Shown: positions 10,542 to 21,566, counted from the stretch's first letter. The stretch is DNA of 64,000 nt from Clostridia bacterium (GCA_036654095.1 JAVVSR010000001.1:159987-223986); one strand, 5' to 3'. Numbers and translations: made by a program. The notes: generated by a model not told the origin, from the letters alone.

Positions 10542-11114
10542 ATGAGCAACTTTTATGCACTTATAAACAGAATGAAATATATAAAACGTTGGAGTTTAAT
10601 GCGCAATAATCTTGATGAAAATCTGCTTGAACATTCAGCGCAGGTGGCCATTGTTGCGCACGCGCTAGCGCTTATTGGAAATGAAAAATTTAATAGAAAT
10701 ACTAACGCCGATTTAATTGCGACTATCGCGCTTTTTCACGACGCATCTGAAGTGATAACGGGTGATATGCCTACTCCAATTAAATATAACAATCCTAAAA
10801 TTAATGGAGCTTATAAAGAAATGGAAGCTCTCGCTGACGCTAAGTTACTTTCAATGCTTCCCGATTATTTAGAAAAATCATACAAAAAGCTGTTTGAAGT
10901 TGACAGTACTTCGTATGAATATAAAATTGTAAAGTCCGCAGATAAACTTTCGGCATACATCAAATGTCTTGAAGAATTGTCGTCAGGCAACAATGAGTTT
11001 TCGATAGCCAAAGTTACCATTGAAAAATCATTGCTTGAAAATCCGCTTCCTGAAGTTAAGTATTTTTTGGAAAACTTTTTAGATGGCTTTAACAAACCGT
11101 TGGATGTTTTATAA
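10542..11114 (+). CDS. yfbR: HD-domain 5'-deoxynucleotidase, YfbR-like
   Basis: MKYIKRWSLMRN...ENLLEHSAQVAIVAH...LFHDASEVITGDMPTPIKY matches the YfbR HD signature. The start is set at ATG 10542. Confidence 0.8.
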   Translation: MSNFYALINRMKYIKRWSLMRNNLDENLLEHSAQVAIVAHALALIGNEKFNRNTNADLIATIALFHDASEVITGDMPTPIKYNNPKINGAYKEMEALADAKLLSMLPDYLEKSYKKLFEVDSTSYEYKIVKSADKLSAYIKCLEELSSGNNEFSIAKVTIEKSLLENPLPEVKYFLENFLDGFNKPLDVL

Positions 11115-12034
11115 TGAGTGAATTTTGTGCAAAATCCGTTAATGTACGTTATCAAGGCGGCGCAAGTGCGATTAGACAGTTTGATTTAACTTTTTCAGGG
11201 CATATCTTATCCGTTTTTGGCAAGGAATGTGACGGAAAAACAACTTTAATCAACGCTTTAGCTGGATTAACCACTTATGAGGGTAGTTTTTTGTTGGATA
11301 ACGAAACTATATCGACATCGCCAAAAAATAACGATTGCTTTGCTATTTTAGAGGATTTTAGCCTTATCCCAAATAAATCTGTTTATGAAAATCTTTCTTT
11401 TCCATTAACACTTAGGGGATATTCTATTGAGGAAACGGCTGTTATTGTCAACAAAGCTGTGCTAGAATTTGGATTATACAAATACATTTATACCAAAGTC
11501 CGCGACCTATCACGGCAAGTAAAATCGTATGTCGCTATGGCTAAAATTAAACTTGTGCCTCGAAAACTTTATTTAATTGATGACGTTTTAAAATATCTTG
11601 ATTTTGACGAAAGGGCTATTTGCTTTAAAAAACTTTGCGAAGTTTTAAAAAGTGTTGATGGTTTTGTAATTTATGCCACGTCTAATTATGATGAAGCATT
11701 AAGCATTGGCGACAAAACGGTATTAATTTATGGTGGTGTTATTGAGCAATACGGCACGTCTGACGAGCTTAAAAAATTTCCGACATCGGTGCGAGCTGCC
11801 GAATTAGCTAGCGATGGAAATACTGTTTTTGAATTTGGATTGCTAAGCCGTAATAATGAAAATCTTTACATTAATTGTAATGGAAATATTATCTGCTTAG
11901 ATGGTTGTTTAAATCGATTAATTGACGAAAGTTATATTGGCGATGAAGTGCTTTTTGCAAAGTATGTTTATGATAATTGCTGGCAGTATCTTTTAATGGA
12001 TAGCGAAACCGAGCGCACTATTTTAGTTTATTAA
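11114..12034 (+). CDS. ABC-type ATPase homologue with degenerate catalytic motifs plus a C-terminal MalK/TOBE-like region
   Basis: 306 aa. Walker A GKECDGKT is intact. The Q-loop (ILEDF), signature (LSRQV), Walker B (LYLIDDV) and H-loop (ATSNYD) are all substituted. The start overlaps the yfbR stop (TAATG). Confidence 0.6.
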   Translation: MSEFCAKSVNVRYQGGASAIRQFDLTFSGHILSVFGKECDGKTTLINALAGLTTYEGSFLLDNETISTSPKNNDCFAILEDFSLIPNKSVYENLSFPLTLRGYSIEETAVIVNKAVLEFGLYKYIYTKVRDLSRQVKSYVAMAKIKLVPRKLYLIDDVLKYLDFDERAICFKKLCEVLKSVDGFVIYATSNYDEALSIGDKTVLIYGGVIEQYGTSDELKKFPTSVRAAELASDGNTVFEFGLLSRNNENLYINCNGNIICLDGCLNRLIDESYIGDEVLFAKYVYDNCWQYLLMDSETERTILVY

Positions 12035-12166
12035 CAAAACCTAGGTCGATTAATTGTATAAAACTAGATAAACGATTTAAAACTTGTTTACTAAAACTAG
12101 ATATGTGATACAACTAACGACTGGTTTTTTAAATTTAAATTAATATAATGTTTATAAAGGAACAAT

Positions 12167-13339
12167 ATGGATTACAAACAAAAATCGATTGAATTACATC
12201 GTCAACTTAAAGGTAAAATCGAAGTTATTAGCCGAGTAAAAATTGATAATTCTGAAGCGCTGTCAACAGCATACACTCCAGGAGTTGCCGAGCCGTGCTT
12301 ACAAATTAAAAATAATCCTGAATTATCATATGAATTTACCCGAAGAGGAAACCTCGTTGCCGTCGTATCTGACGGAAGCGCAGTTTTGGGTTTAGGAAAT
12401 ATTGGCGGATTAGCGGGTATGCCCGTTATGGAAGGCAAGGCCATTTTATTTAAAGAATTTGCCGATATTGACGCATTTCCTATTTGCCTGAACACTCAAA
12501 ACACAAATGAAATTATTTCGATAGTGAAAGCGCTTTCGATATCCTTTGGCGGCATTAACTTGGAGGATATTTCAAGCCCAAGATGCTTTGAGATTGAACG
12601 ACAACTTATTGATGTTTGCGATATTCCTGTTTTTCACGATGACCAACACGGAACGGCTATTGTAGTGTTAGCGGGGCTTATCAATGCATTAAAACTTGTT
12701 AAAAAAAATGCTGAAAATATTAAAGTTGTTATTTCGGGTCCCGGAGCTGCCGGCACTGCTATTTCAAAACTTATATACAATTTTGGTTGTAAAAATATTG
12801 TTATGTGTGATGAGTTTGGTATTTTGTATCCAAATCGCAAAAATATGGAGTGGCATAAAAAAGAAATGGCGGAATTGTATAATAGCATTGGAATAAAGGG
12901 AAATTTGTCGGACGCGCTTATTGGCGCAGATGTTTTTATTGGAGTCAGCGCGCCAAATATTTTAAATGAAGCTATGGTTAAAAGTATGAATAAAGATGCT
13001 ATAATTTTTGCTATGGCAAATCCTACTCCTGAAATTATGCCCGATGTCGCTAAAAGCTATGGCGCAAAAGTTATTGGTACGGGGCGAAGCGACTTTCCCA
13101 ATCAGGTCAATAATGTGTTGGCATTCCCGGGAGTTTTCCGTGGCGCGCTTGACGCAAAAGCGACTAAGATAAGTGAAGGTATGAAACTTGCCGCTGCTTT
13201 AGCCATTGCAAATTTAATAAAAGATGATGAACTGACTGAAAATTATATAATACCAAAACCATTTGATAAACGAGTTGTACAAGCCGTATCGACGGCTGTG
13301 CGCGCTCAAGCGGAACGCGAGGGTGTTGTTAGAATTTAA
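12167..13339 (+). CDS. NAD(P)-dependent malic enzyme (oxaloacetate-decarboxylating)
   Basis: 390 aa. [47 protein letters not shown] and the Rossmann motif GPGAAG are typical of short prokaryotic malic enzymes. Confidence 0.9.
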   Translation: MDYKQKSIELHRQLKGKIEVISRVKIDNSEALSTAYTPGVAEPCLQIKNNPELSYEFTRRGNLVAVVSDGSAVLGLGNIGGLAGMPVMEGKAILFKEFADIDAFPICLNTQNTNEIISIVKALSISFGGINLEDISSPRCFEIERQLIDVCDIPVFHDDQHGTAIVVLAGLINALKLVKKNAENIKVVISGPGAAGTAISKLIYNFGCKNIVMCDEFGILYPNRKNMEWHKKEMAELYNSIGIKGNLSDALIGADVFIGVSAPNILNEAMVKSMNKDAIIFAMANPTPEIMPDVAKSYGAKVIGTGRSDFPNQVNNVLAFPGVFRGALDAKATKISEGMKLAAALAIANLIKDDELTENYIIPKPFDKRVVQAVSTAVRAQAEREGVVRI

Positions 13340-13345
13340 TAGTAC

Positions 13346-13374
13346 TTTACAAATAAAGCAAATTGTGTTATACT
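13346..13374 (+). promoter_or_regulatory. Candidate sigma-A promoter with extended -10, directly after the malic enzyme stop
   Basis: TTTACA (13346-13351), a 17-nt spacer ending in TGT, then TATACT (13369-13374). Confidence 0.4.
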
Positions 13375-13509
13375 TATTAAAACTGAATTGATGAATTTAT
13401 CGGAGAGTAAGTTTTGTTATTTAATATATTGCGATTGTTTTGGATTTTATGTAAATGGTTTTTGAATATAAAATGCCTGACATTTCGCGTTATTTTATTG
13501 CAAATAATC

Positions 13510-13538
13510 AAACTTCTCATATGAGAAGTTTTTTTTAT
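13510..13538 (+). terminator. Intrinsic terminator or attenuator hairpin just upstream of the TM1266-like gene
   Basis: AAACTTCTCATATGAGAAGTTT perfect palindrome followed by an 8-nt T-run. It lies about 135 nt downstream of the candidate promoter and about 28 nt upstream of the ATG at 13566. Confidence 0.6.
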
Positions 13539-13565
13539 TATAAAAAACAAAATAAGAGGTAAAAT

Positions 13566-13817
13566 ATGAAGCGACTAGGTGTAATCGGAATTATTGTTGA
13601 AAATCGAGAAATGGCGATGGACGTACAAAAATTGTTGGGCGACTTTAGTGAAATTATTATGGGCAGAATGGGCGTTCCCGATAAAGAAAGCGGTGTGTCG
13701 GCAATAAGTTTACTTGTAAAGGGTACTGTTGAACAGGTGTCGGCATTGACAGGTAAACTCGGAAAGCTAAATTCTGTTGCGGTAAAGTCAGCGATGACTA
13801 CCGTTGAGGTAAATTAA
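13566..13817 (+). CDS. Small ACT/NikR-C-like protein resembling the TM1266 family (putative iron-only hydrogenase system regulator)
   Basis: 83 aa. IGIIVENRE...GRMGVP......SAISLLV......VSALTGKLGKL..V.VKS resembles TM1266-type proteins as I remember them. RBS AAGAGG is upstream. Confidence 0.5.
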   Translation: MKRLGVIGIIVENREMAMDVQKLLGDFSEIIMGRMGVPDKESGVSAISLLVKGTVEQVSALTGKLGKLNSVAVKSAMTTVEVN

Positions 13818-13877
13818 ATTTTAGCATATGCGCAATGAAAATATGTTGTTAATTAATTTTTTAATGAGGATAGAAAA

Positions 13878-14879
13878 ATGAAAAGTAAAAAAAGTTTTAT
13901 AGCATTAATTTTAATTTTTGCAATACTCACTATCACGTTATCGGCTTGCAAAACAGACGAACAAGGTTATGAATTTTCGGATATTAAAATTGTTGTGCCC
14001 GATGGCGCGCCATCGCTTTCAATGGCAAAACTTATGAAAGATGGAAAATCTATTCAAGGCACGCAAATAGTGTTTGATATAGTTGCCGGTGTCGACGAGA
14101 TAATGGCAAAAGTCACAAAAGGCGAGGCCGACATTGCGATTGTTCCAACAAACATTGCGGCATTACTTTATAATAAAGGCGTTGACATTCAAATGGTGTC
14201 GGTAAACGTGTTTGGGTTGCTATATATGGTTGGACGCGGCGAGGCGACATCTTTGAGCGCGTTGAAAGGTGAAATAGTATATAATATTGGACGCGGCGGA
14301 ACTCCTGATTTAACTTTTAAATATATTTTAAAATCAAATGGAATTGAGTATATTGAAAGTGATGAAGCGGTAGCGGATAAAGTGTCGTTAAAATATGTAT
14401 CGGGTGGAAGTGAATTAATTTCTTTGTTGGCAAAAGGCGCAGCAAAGTATGGTATTTTAGGCGAGCCAGCAGCAAGCCAAGCTGTTAAAAAGACAGGAGC
14501 TAGCGTGTTGTTTGATATACAGAAGTTATGGAACAGCGCGACAAATACGACTGAAGGTATACCGCAAGCCTGCCTAATTGTAAAAAAGAAAATAATTGAA
14601 CAAATTCCTGAATTTGTTGACGAGTTATTGGCAGAACTTGTAATTGGCGCTAGTTGGATAAAAGACAATGCAGGTGAATTAAACGCTATTCTAACTGAAA
14701 ATAACAGCGCGTTAAAAATGAATTACGATAAGACGATAGTTGAAAATTGTAATATTGGCTTAATAAAAGCGCAAGATATAAAACCTGATGTAAACAACTA
14801 TTTAAGCATTTTATACGGATTTAATCCGCAGTCGATTGGAGGCAAAATTCCTGATGACAATTTTTATAGAAAAGCTTAA
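13878..14879 (+). CDS. ABC transporter substrate-binding lipoprotein, NMT1/THI5-like (NitT/TauT family)
   Basis: 333 aa with a lipoprotein signal peptide and lipobox (ILTITLSAC). It is followed by the cognate permease and ATPase genes. Confidence 0.7.
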   Translation: MKSKKSFIALILIFAILTITLSACKTDEQGYEFSDIKIVVPDGAPSLSMAKLMKDGKSIQGTQIVFDIVAGVDEIMAKVTKGEADIAIVPTNIAALLYNKGVDIQMVSVNVFGLLYMVGRGEATSLSALKGEIVYNIGRGGTPDLTFKYILKSNGIEYIESDEAVADKVSLKYVSGGSELISLLAKGAAKYGILGEPAASQAVKKTGASVLFDIQKLWNSATNTTEGIPQACLIVKKKIIEQIPEFVDELLAELVIGASWIKDNAGELNAILTENNSALKMNYDKTIVENCNIGLIKAQDIKPDVNNYLSILYGFNPQSIGGKIPDDNFYRKA

Positions 14880-15642
14880 ATTTGTATTTAAAAAATATGA
14901 AAATATTTTTTATCCGTTGATATCGTTTGGATTGTTTATTTCAATTTGGGCGATATATTCGGCAAGTGTAAAAATTGAACTTATTTTACCTTCGCCTGCT
15001 GCGACATTTAATAGTTTTTTTGCGCTTTTGGGTTTAAAAACTTTTTGGATTGCTGTTGGTAACACTTTGTTGCGCACGATAATTAGCTTTATAATTTCAT
15101 TTTTCCTTGCAACTTTTTTTGCCATAATTGGCGCGTTTTGTAGGCCTGTTCATAAATTACTTGAACCTATTATTACAATTCTTCGAGCAACTCCGACAAT
15201 GAGTATTATTTTGCTTGCAATTATCTGGCTGAAGTCAACAACTAGCCCAATGCTTATTGCTTTTTTGGTTGTTTTTCCTATGTGTTATACTGCAATTTAT
15301 GAGGCAATCATAAATGTTGACGGAAAACTTCTCGAGATGTCAAATGTCTATCGGGTGAAAAAAATTGATATTGTTAAAAAGTTTTATATTCCATCAATTA
15401 GCCCGACATTATTTTCAAGCGCAAAAAGTAATATCTCGCTTAATGTAAAAATAATTATAGCCGCTGAGGTTCTTGCGCAAACTCGCGATAGCATTGGAAA
15501 TTATATGCAATTAAGCAAAATTTACCTTGATACTTCTGAACTTTTGGCTTGGTCAATTACTGCCGTTCTTTTAAGCTATTTACTTGAAGGTGTGGTTAAG
15601 TTTATAAAATTTATGGCGGTGAGGTGGGAAAATGAGTATTAA
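14854..15642 (+). CDS. ABC transporter permease (NitT/TauT family)
   Basis: About 262 aa with about 6 TM helices. The start is set at ATG 14854 after GGAGG at 14838-14842; the ORF-track start at 14836 is a TTG. Overlaps the SBP stop and the ATPase start. Confidence 0.75.
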   Translation: MTIFIEKLKFVFKKYENIFYPLISFGLFISIWAIYSASVKIELILPSPAATFNSFFALLGLKTFWIAVGNTLLRTIISFIISFFLATFFAIIGAFCRPVHKLLEPIITILRATPTMSIILLAIIWLKSTTSPMLIAFLVVFPMCYTAIYEAIINVDGKLLEMSNVYRVKKIDIVKKFYIPSISPTLFSSAKSNISLNVKIIIAAEVLAQTRDSIGNYMQLSKIYLDTSELLAWSITAVLLSYLLEGVVKFIKFMAVRWENEY

Positions 15643-16336
15643 GCTTTTAAATATAAGCAAAAGTTTCAATAATGAAGTTTTATTTAAAGATTTTAACTTT
15701 GAAATTCCCGATGGAAAAATCACTTGCCTTTTAGGAAGCAGCGGCAGTGGTAAAACTACTTTGCTAAATATTATTTCAGGATTAACTCCATTTAGCGGAG
15801 CTGTCGAGGGCATTGAGGGCAATATTTCGTTTATTTTCCAAGAACCGCGACTTATTGAAAGTATGTCAGTTTTTGAAAACTTGAATTACGTTTTAAAACA
15901 GGTTTACAAAAATATCAATGAAAGATTTGCTGTTATTAATAAATATTTAAGTTTAGTTGAAATGCTAGAATCCAAAGATAAATATCCTCATCAACTTTCA
16001 GGCGGTATGGCGCAGAGAACCGCTATGGCGCGCGCATTTTGCTTTCCAAGCGAAGTTTTGCTTATGGACGAGGCGTTTAAAGGTTTAGATGTAGCTTTGA
16101 AAACTAGATTAATCAAAGTTTTTTTAACTCTTTTAAAAGAAAATAACAAAACAGTTGTTATGGTAACACACGATATTTACGAGGCATTGCTGCTATCGGA
16201 TTCGATACATCTTATTGACGGCAAGCCCGCGACTGTTATTTATAAAGAAAATGTTTTAGAAGATAAAACTACTCGAACTTTAACATCGGCAAATATTACA
16301 TCAATTCGAGACAGATTGCTTTCAAAAATTCTTTAA
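15632..16336 (+). CDS. ABC transporter ATP-binding protein
   Basis: 234 aa with complete motifs: GSSGSGKTT (Walker A), LSGGMAQR (signature), LLMDEAF (Walker B) and VTHD (H-loop). Confidence 0.9.
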   Translation: MSIKLLNISKSFNNEVLFKDFNFEIPDGKITCLLGSSGSGKTTLLNIISGLTPFSGAVEGIEGNISFIFQEPRLIESMSVFENLNYVLKQVYKNINERFAVINKYLSLVEMLESKDKYPHQLSGGMAQRTAMARAFCFPSEVLLMDEAFKGLDVALKTRLIKVFLTLLKENNKTVVMVTHDIYEALLLSDSIHLIDGKPATVIYKENVLEDKTTRTLTSANITSIRDRLLSKIL

Positions 16337-16350
16337 CCATATGATTTTAT

Positions 16351-16385
16351 AAGTCAACCACGCTTTATTGTGGTTGACTTTTTTT
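16351..16385 (+). terminator. Rho-independent terminator of the ABC operon
   Basis: An 11-bp stem, AAGTCAACCAC paired with GTGGTTGACTT, followed by a T-run. Confidence 0.75.
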
Positions 16386-16513
16386 GTGCAACAATATATT
16401 ATATATAAATAAGTATATGTAAATTGATGAAATTTTGTTTTGTTTCAAAAATTTTATTTTTAAATTAAATATTGTTTTTTTATATTTTTTTATTAAATTA
16501 TTTTGAGGTAACA

Positions 16514-17005
16514 GTGATTATATTAGGTATTGACCCCGGTTACGCGATTGTAGGATATGGAGTGGTCGAATCGACAAACGGCAATTTTAAAATGGTTGAT
16601 TACGGCGCGATTAATACTCCTAAAGACGAAGGGTTGCCCGTCCGTCTTGCTATGATTGAAAAGGGGATAATCAAACTTATTGAAACATTTAAACCCGACG
16701 CCATTGCCGTTGAAGAATTGTTTTTTAGTAAAAATATAACAACAGGCATAGCGGTTGCTGAGGCAAGAGGGGTTATTTTACTTACATCAATTAAGTATTG
16801 TGGCAAACTTTACGAATATACCCCAATGCAAATTAAGCAAGCGATTACAGGTTATGGCGGAGCGGATAAAAGGCAAGTTCAACAGATGGTTAAAACGCTT
16901 TTAAGATTGACGGCAATACCTCGACCCGATGATGCTGCCGACGCGTTGGCCGTTGCATTGACACACGCGCAGACTAATCGTTTAAGTGGTCAGTTTAAAA
17001 TATAA
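16514..17005 (+). CDS. ruvC: Crossover junction endodeoxyribonuclease RuvC
   Basis: (V)IILGIDPGYAIVGYGVV is the RuvC N-terminal catalytic Asp motif. A GTG start at 16514 after GAGGT is more plausible than the ORF-track start at 16472. Confidence 0.85.
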   Translation: MIILGIDPGYAIVGYGVVESTNGNFKMVDYGAINTPKDEGLPVRLAMIEKGIIKLIETFKPDAIAVEELFFSKNITTGIAVAEARGVILLTSIKYCGKLYEYTPMQIKQAITGYGGADKRQVQQMVKTLLRLTAIPRPDDAADALAVALTHAQTNRLSGQFKI

Positions 17006-17020
17006 TTTTTATGGAGTATT

Positions 17021-17620
17021 ATGTATTCATTTATTAGCGGACGGGTGGTTTCGGCTACCGAAGGCACTATTGTAATTGAAAATAACGGCATCGGATACGA
17101 GCTTACTGTTTCAAACAGCACGCTTTCTGTTGCTGGCATTGTTGGAAAATCGCTTCAGTTATACACATATTTGCAAGTTAAGGAAGACTTAATGGCTTTG
17201 TATGGATTTGCAACTAAAGAGGAAAAAAGTATGTTTTTAAAACTTATTTCCATAAGCGGAGTCGGGCCAAAGATGGCTATGCAAGTTTTGTCGGGGCTTG
17301 ACTTAAACGCGCTAGTCTTGGCTATTGTCACAGGCGATACGAAAACTTTGTCAAAGGCGAAAGGCTTGGGTAAAAAAACCGCCGAACGCATTATTTTAGA
17401 ACTTAGGGAGCAAGTCGGCACTACTGAGTTCGCAAGCGCGCCTATCGGTGGCAGTATCGTTTCGGATAACACCATTATCAATGATGCAGTGTTTGCTTTG
17501 GTTACGCTTGGTTTAAACAAGTCTGACGCATACACGGCTGTTGTTAAAGCATCGGAAAGGTCGGATAAACTTGAGGAAATTATTACTATTGCACTTAGAA
17601 GTTTGGACTTTAGAGGTTAA
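17021..17620 (+). CDS. ruvA: Holliday junction branch migration complex subunit RuvA
   Basis: 199 aa. MYSFISGRV..., the HhH motifs (ISISGVGPKMA, KGLGKKTAERI) and its position between ruvC and ruvB support the call. Confidence 0.9.
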   Translation: MYSFISGRVVSATEGTIVIENNGIGYELTVSNSTLSVAGIVGKSLQLYTYLQVKEDLMALYGFATKEEKSMFLKLISISGVGPKMAMQVLSGLDLNALVLAIVTGDTKTLSKAKGLGKKTAERIILELREQVGTTEFASAPIGGSIVSDNTIINDAVFALVTLGLNKSDAYTAVVKASERSDKLEEIITIALRSLDFRG

Positions 17621-17623
17621 AAT

Positions 17624-18697
17624 ATGAGCATTTTTGAAACAGATGACGACGCGCGGTTAATTTCAAGCTCGAAAGGTCAGCAAGATGATTTTGAAAACAC
17701 TTTACGTCCGAAATCAATGGTTGAGTATATCGGCCAAGAAAAAATTAAAGAAAATTTAAACGTCTATATTTCTGCCGCAAAAAATAGAGGCGAGGCGCTT
17801 GACCACGTTTTGTTATATGGCCCACCGGGGCTTGGCAAAACTACTTTAGCGCATATAATAGCAAACGAACTAGGCAGTCAAATTAGGGTTACAAGTGGCC
17901 CTGCTATCGAACGAGCCGGAGATTTAGCCGCTATTCTCACTAATCTTGGCGAACACGACATTTTGTTTATTGATGAAATTCATCGTTTAAACCACAACAT
18001 TGAGGAAATTTTATATCCTGCTTTAGAGGATTATTCGCTAGATTTAATTATTGGAAAAGGGCCTTCTGCGCGTAGTGTGCGTTTGCCACTACCACCGTTT
18101 ACTTTAATTGGCGCAACAACAAAAGCAGGTATGCTTTCAAGTCCGCTACGCGACCGTTTCGGGATAATGTGTAGGCTTGAAATTTATAGTCCAAATGAAC
18201 TTTCTATTATTGTTATGCGTTCGGCAAAATTGCTGAATATTGATATTGAAAAATCCGCAGCTTTTGAAATTGCAAGGCGAAGTCGCGGAACTCCACGTAT
18301 TGCAAACAGGCTTTTGAAAAGAGTTAGAGATTTTGCCGAGTATGAAGGGAACAGTCATATTGATACGGTTTTGGCGTCGAAGTCACTGGGTAAAATGGAA
18401 GTTGACGAGTTGGGCTTAGATAATGTTGACCGAAATTTACTTAAAACAATGATTGAAAAGTTTGGCGGTGGTCCAGTTGGGTTGGATACATTATCGGCTG
18501 CCGGCGGAGAGGAAGCAAATACAATAGAAGATGTGTACGAGCCATACTTAATGAAACTTGGATTTATTGCGCGTACTCCACGAGGACGCGTTGCGCTTAA
18601 GGGCGCGTATGAACATTTAGGGTACAAAGTCCCCGATGACCGTGCTGAATTGATTGAGCTGTATGAGAATGTTGATAATGACAAAAAAATAATTTAA
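17624..18697 (+). CDS. ruvB: Holliday junction DNA helicase RuvB
   Basis: 357 aa. [13 protein letters not shown], the Walker [10 protein letters not shown], Walker B FIDEIHRL and [11 protein letters not shown] support the call. Confidence 0.95.
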   Translation: MSIFETDDDARLISSSKGQQDDFENTLRPKSMVEYIGQEKIKENLNVYISAAKNRGEALDHVLLYGPPGLGKTTLAHIIANELGSQIRVTSGPAIERAGDLAAILTNLGEHDILFIDEIHRLNHNIEEILYPALEDYSLDLIIGKGPSARSVRLPLPPFTLIGATTKAGMLSSPLRDRFGIMCRLEIYSPNELSIIVMRSAKLLNIDIEKSAAFEIARRSRGTPRIANRLLKRVRDFAEYEGNSHIDTVLASKSLGKMEVDELGLDNVDRNLLKTMIEKFGGGPVGLDTLSAAGGEEANTIEDVYEPYLMKLGFIARTPRGRVALKGAYEHLGYKVPDDRAELIELYENVDNDKKII

Positions 18698-18766
18698 ATT
18701 ACTAATTTTTTGCTAAAAATATCGATTTATTTATAAAATATCGATAATTTTGTAATAGGATGTTAA

Positions 18767-19789
18767 ATGAAACGAACAGATTTTTATTATGATTTACCTG
18801 AAGAACTTATTGCGCAGACTCCGATTGAACCACGTGACAGCGCAAGGCTTTTAATTATGAACAAAGAAACAGGCGCGTTATCGCATACTATTTTTAACAA
18901 AATAGGGGACTATTTAAAAGCTGGCGACCTGCTTGTGATTAACAACACTAAAGTTATCCCTGCGCGGCTTTTCGGCTATCGCGAAGGGAGTGTTACGAAG
19001 TTTGAAGCGTTGTTGTTGCGTAGAACAAACTTTACCGATTGGGAATGTATTACGAGGCCAGCAAAAAAAGTTAAGATTGGCACTGTTTTAAAGTTTTCAG
19101 ATGAGTTATCGGGCGAAGTTGTTGGCATTGGCGACAGCGGAATACGAACAATTCGGTTTATATTTAATGGTGTTTTTGAAGATATTTTGTCACGAGTTGG
19201 CAATGTTCCATTACCGCCATATATACACGAAAAGCTAGAGGATGGCAGTCGCTATCAAACTGTTTATAGCAAGGTCGACGGTAGCGCTGCCGCGCCGACG
19301 GCAGGTTTGCATTTTACAAACGAATTAATTGAAAGCTTGAAAAATAAAGGTGTTGAATTTTGTGAAGTTCTTTTACATATTGGCCTTTCAACTTTTAGGC
19401 CTGTTAAGGCAGATGACATTTTAGACCACAAAATGCATAGCGAGTATTATGAAATTAGCCCTAATTCAGAGTACATTATTAATAAAGCAGTGAAAGAAGG
19501 CAGGCGAGTAATTGCCGTTGGCACAACATCGGGGAGAGTTTTAGAAACGGTTGCCGACGAAAATGGATTTGTTAAAGCAGGCGCCGGAAATACTGAAATT
19601 TTTATTTATCCCGGCTACAAATTTAAAATTCTTGATGGAATTATTACTAATTTTCATTTGCCAGAAAGTACGCTTATTATGTATGTTTCGGCTTTTGCAG
19701 GGTTGGAAAATACGTTAAATATGTATAAAGTAGCGGTTGAACAAAAATATAGATTTTTTAGTTTCGGCGACGCGACATTTCTTATTTAG
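18767..19789 (+). CDS. queA: tRNA preQ1(34) S-adenosylmethionine ribosyltransferase-isomerase
   Basis: 340 aa. FYYDLPEELIAQTPIEPRDSARLL, PLPPYI and AAPTAGLHFT support the call. Confidence 0.95.
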   Translation: MKRTDFYYDLPEELIAQTPIEPRDSARLLIMNKETGALSHTIFNKIGDYLKAGDLLVINNTKVIPARLFGYREGSVTKFEALLLRRTNFTDWECITRPAKKVKIGTVLKFSDELSGEVVGIGDSGIRTIRFIFNGVFEDILSRVGNVPLPPYIHEKLEDGSRYQTVYSKVDGSAAAPTAGLHFTNELIESLKNKGVEFCEVLLHIGLSTFRPVKADDILDHKMHSEYYEISPNSEYIINKAVKEGRRVIAVGTTSGRVLETVADENGFVKAGAGNTEIFIYPGYKFKILDGIITNFHLPESTLIMYVSAFAGLENTLNMYKVAVEQKYRFFSFGDATFLI

Positions 19790-19808
19790 TTTTGTTATTT
19801 TGTTTTAA

Positions 19809-21005
<1,197 letters not shown>

Positions 21006-21118
21006 CTTTTTGTTAAAATTTTAAATTTTGGATATATTTACTTTAAATGGTTGCTAAATAAACATTTTTAATGTATTATAATATAAATTAATAAATTAGA
21101 TTTTAAGGAGATTTTATA

Positions 21119-21517
21119 ATGTTACAACAAATATTAAGTGCAAATAGTTATTTACCAATTATTTTAATTGGCGGATTTTTTGTTATTATGATGGTTATGA
21201 CCATTGTACCTCAAAAAAAGAAGCAGAAGCAAATGCAAACTATGTTAGACAATCTTGCTGTCGGCGACAAAGTTATGACAATCGGAAGAATGATTGGCAA
21301 TGTGACTTTTATTGATACCGAAAAAAAACAAGTTGTTATTAACGTTGGCACAGAAGCTAGCGCAACATTAGTTACGATTGACCGCAATGCAATAGGTTAT
21401 ATTATTGACAGCGTAAATAAGCAATCATCAAATAATGATACGGCCAGCACTAAAGATGAAAGCACAAACAATATCAGCATTGAAGGCGATAAAAAAGACG
21501 ACGATTTGAAAATGTAA
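21119..21517 (+). CDS. yajC: Preprotein translocase subunit YajC with a hydrophilic C-terminal extension
   Basis: 132 aa. One TM helix is followed by PQKKKQKQMQTMLDNLAVGDKVMTIGRMIG, the YajC core. It lies downstream of tgt as in many bacteria. Confidence 0.85.
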   Translation: MLQQILSANSYLPIILIGGFFVIMMVMTIVPQKKKQKQMQTMLDNLAVGDKVMTIGRMIGNVTFIDTEKKQVVINVGTEASATLVTIDRNAIGYIIDSVNKQSSNNDTASTKDESTNNISIEGDKKDDDLKM

Positions 21518-21539
21518 TTTAATTATCAACATAACGTTT

Positions 21540-21566
21540 AAAGCTACCTATTTTGGTAGCTTTTTT
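21540..21566 (+). terminator. Rho-independent terminator after yajC
   Basis: AAAGCTACC-TATTTT-GGTAGCTTT followed by a T-run. Confidence 0.7.

Noticed and set aside
13375-13509. Assigning the leader upstream of the TM1266-like gene to a known riboswitch class (TPP because of the NMT1/THI5-like SBP, or guanidine-I because of the NitT/TauT transporter)
   Set aside because: I could not find the TPP core (CUGAGA ... ACCUGAUCUGGAUAAUGCCAGCG) or the ykkC core (GGGUUCCG ... GGUCCGAGAG ... ACGGCGGGA). It is left unclassified.
14189-14668. 159-aa minus-strand ORF opposite the ABC substrate-binding protein gene
   Set aside because: Shadow frame. The plus-strand product has a lipobox and sits in an operon context.
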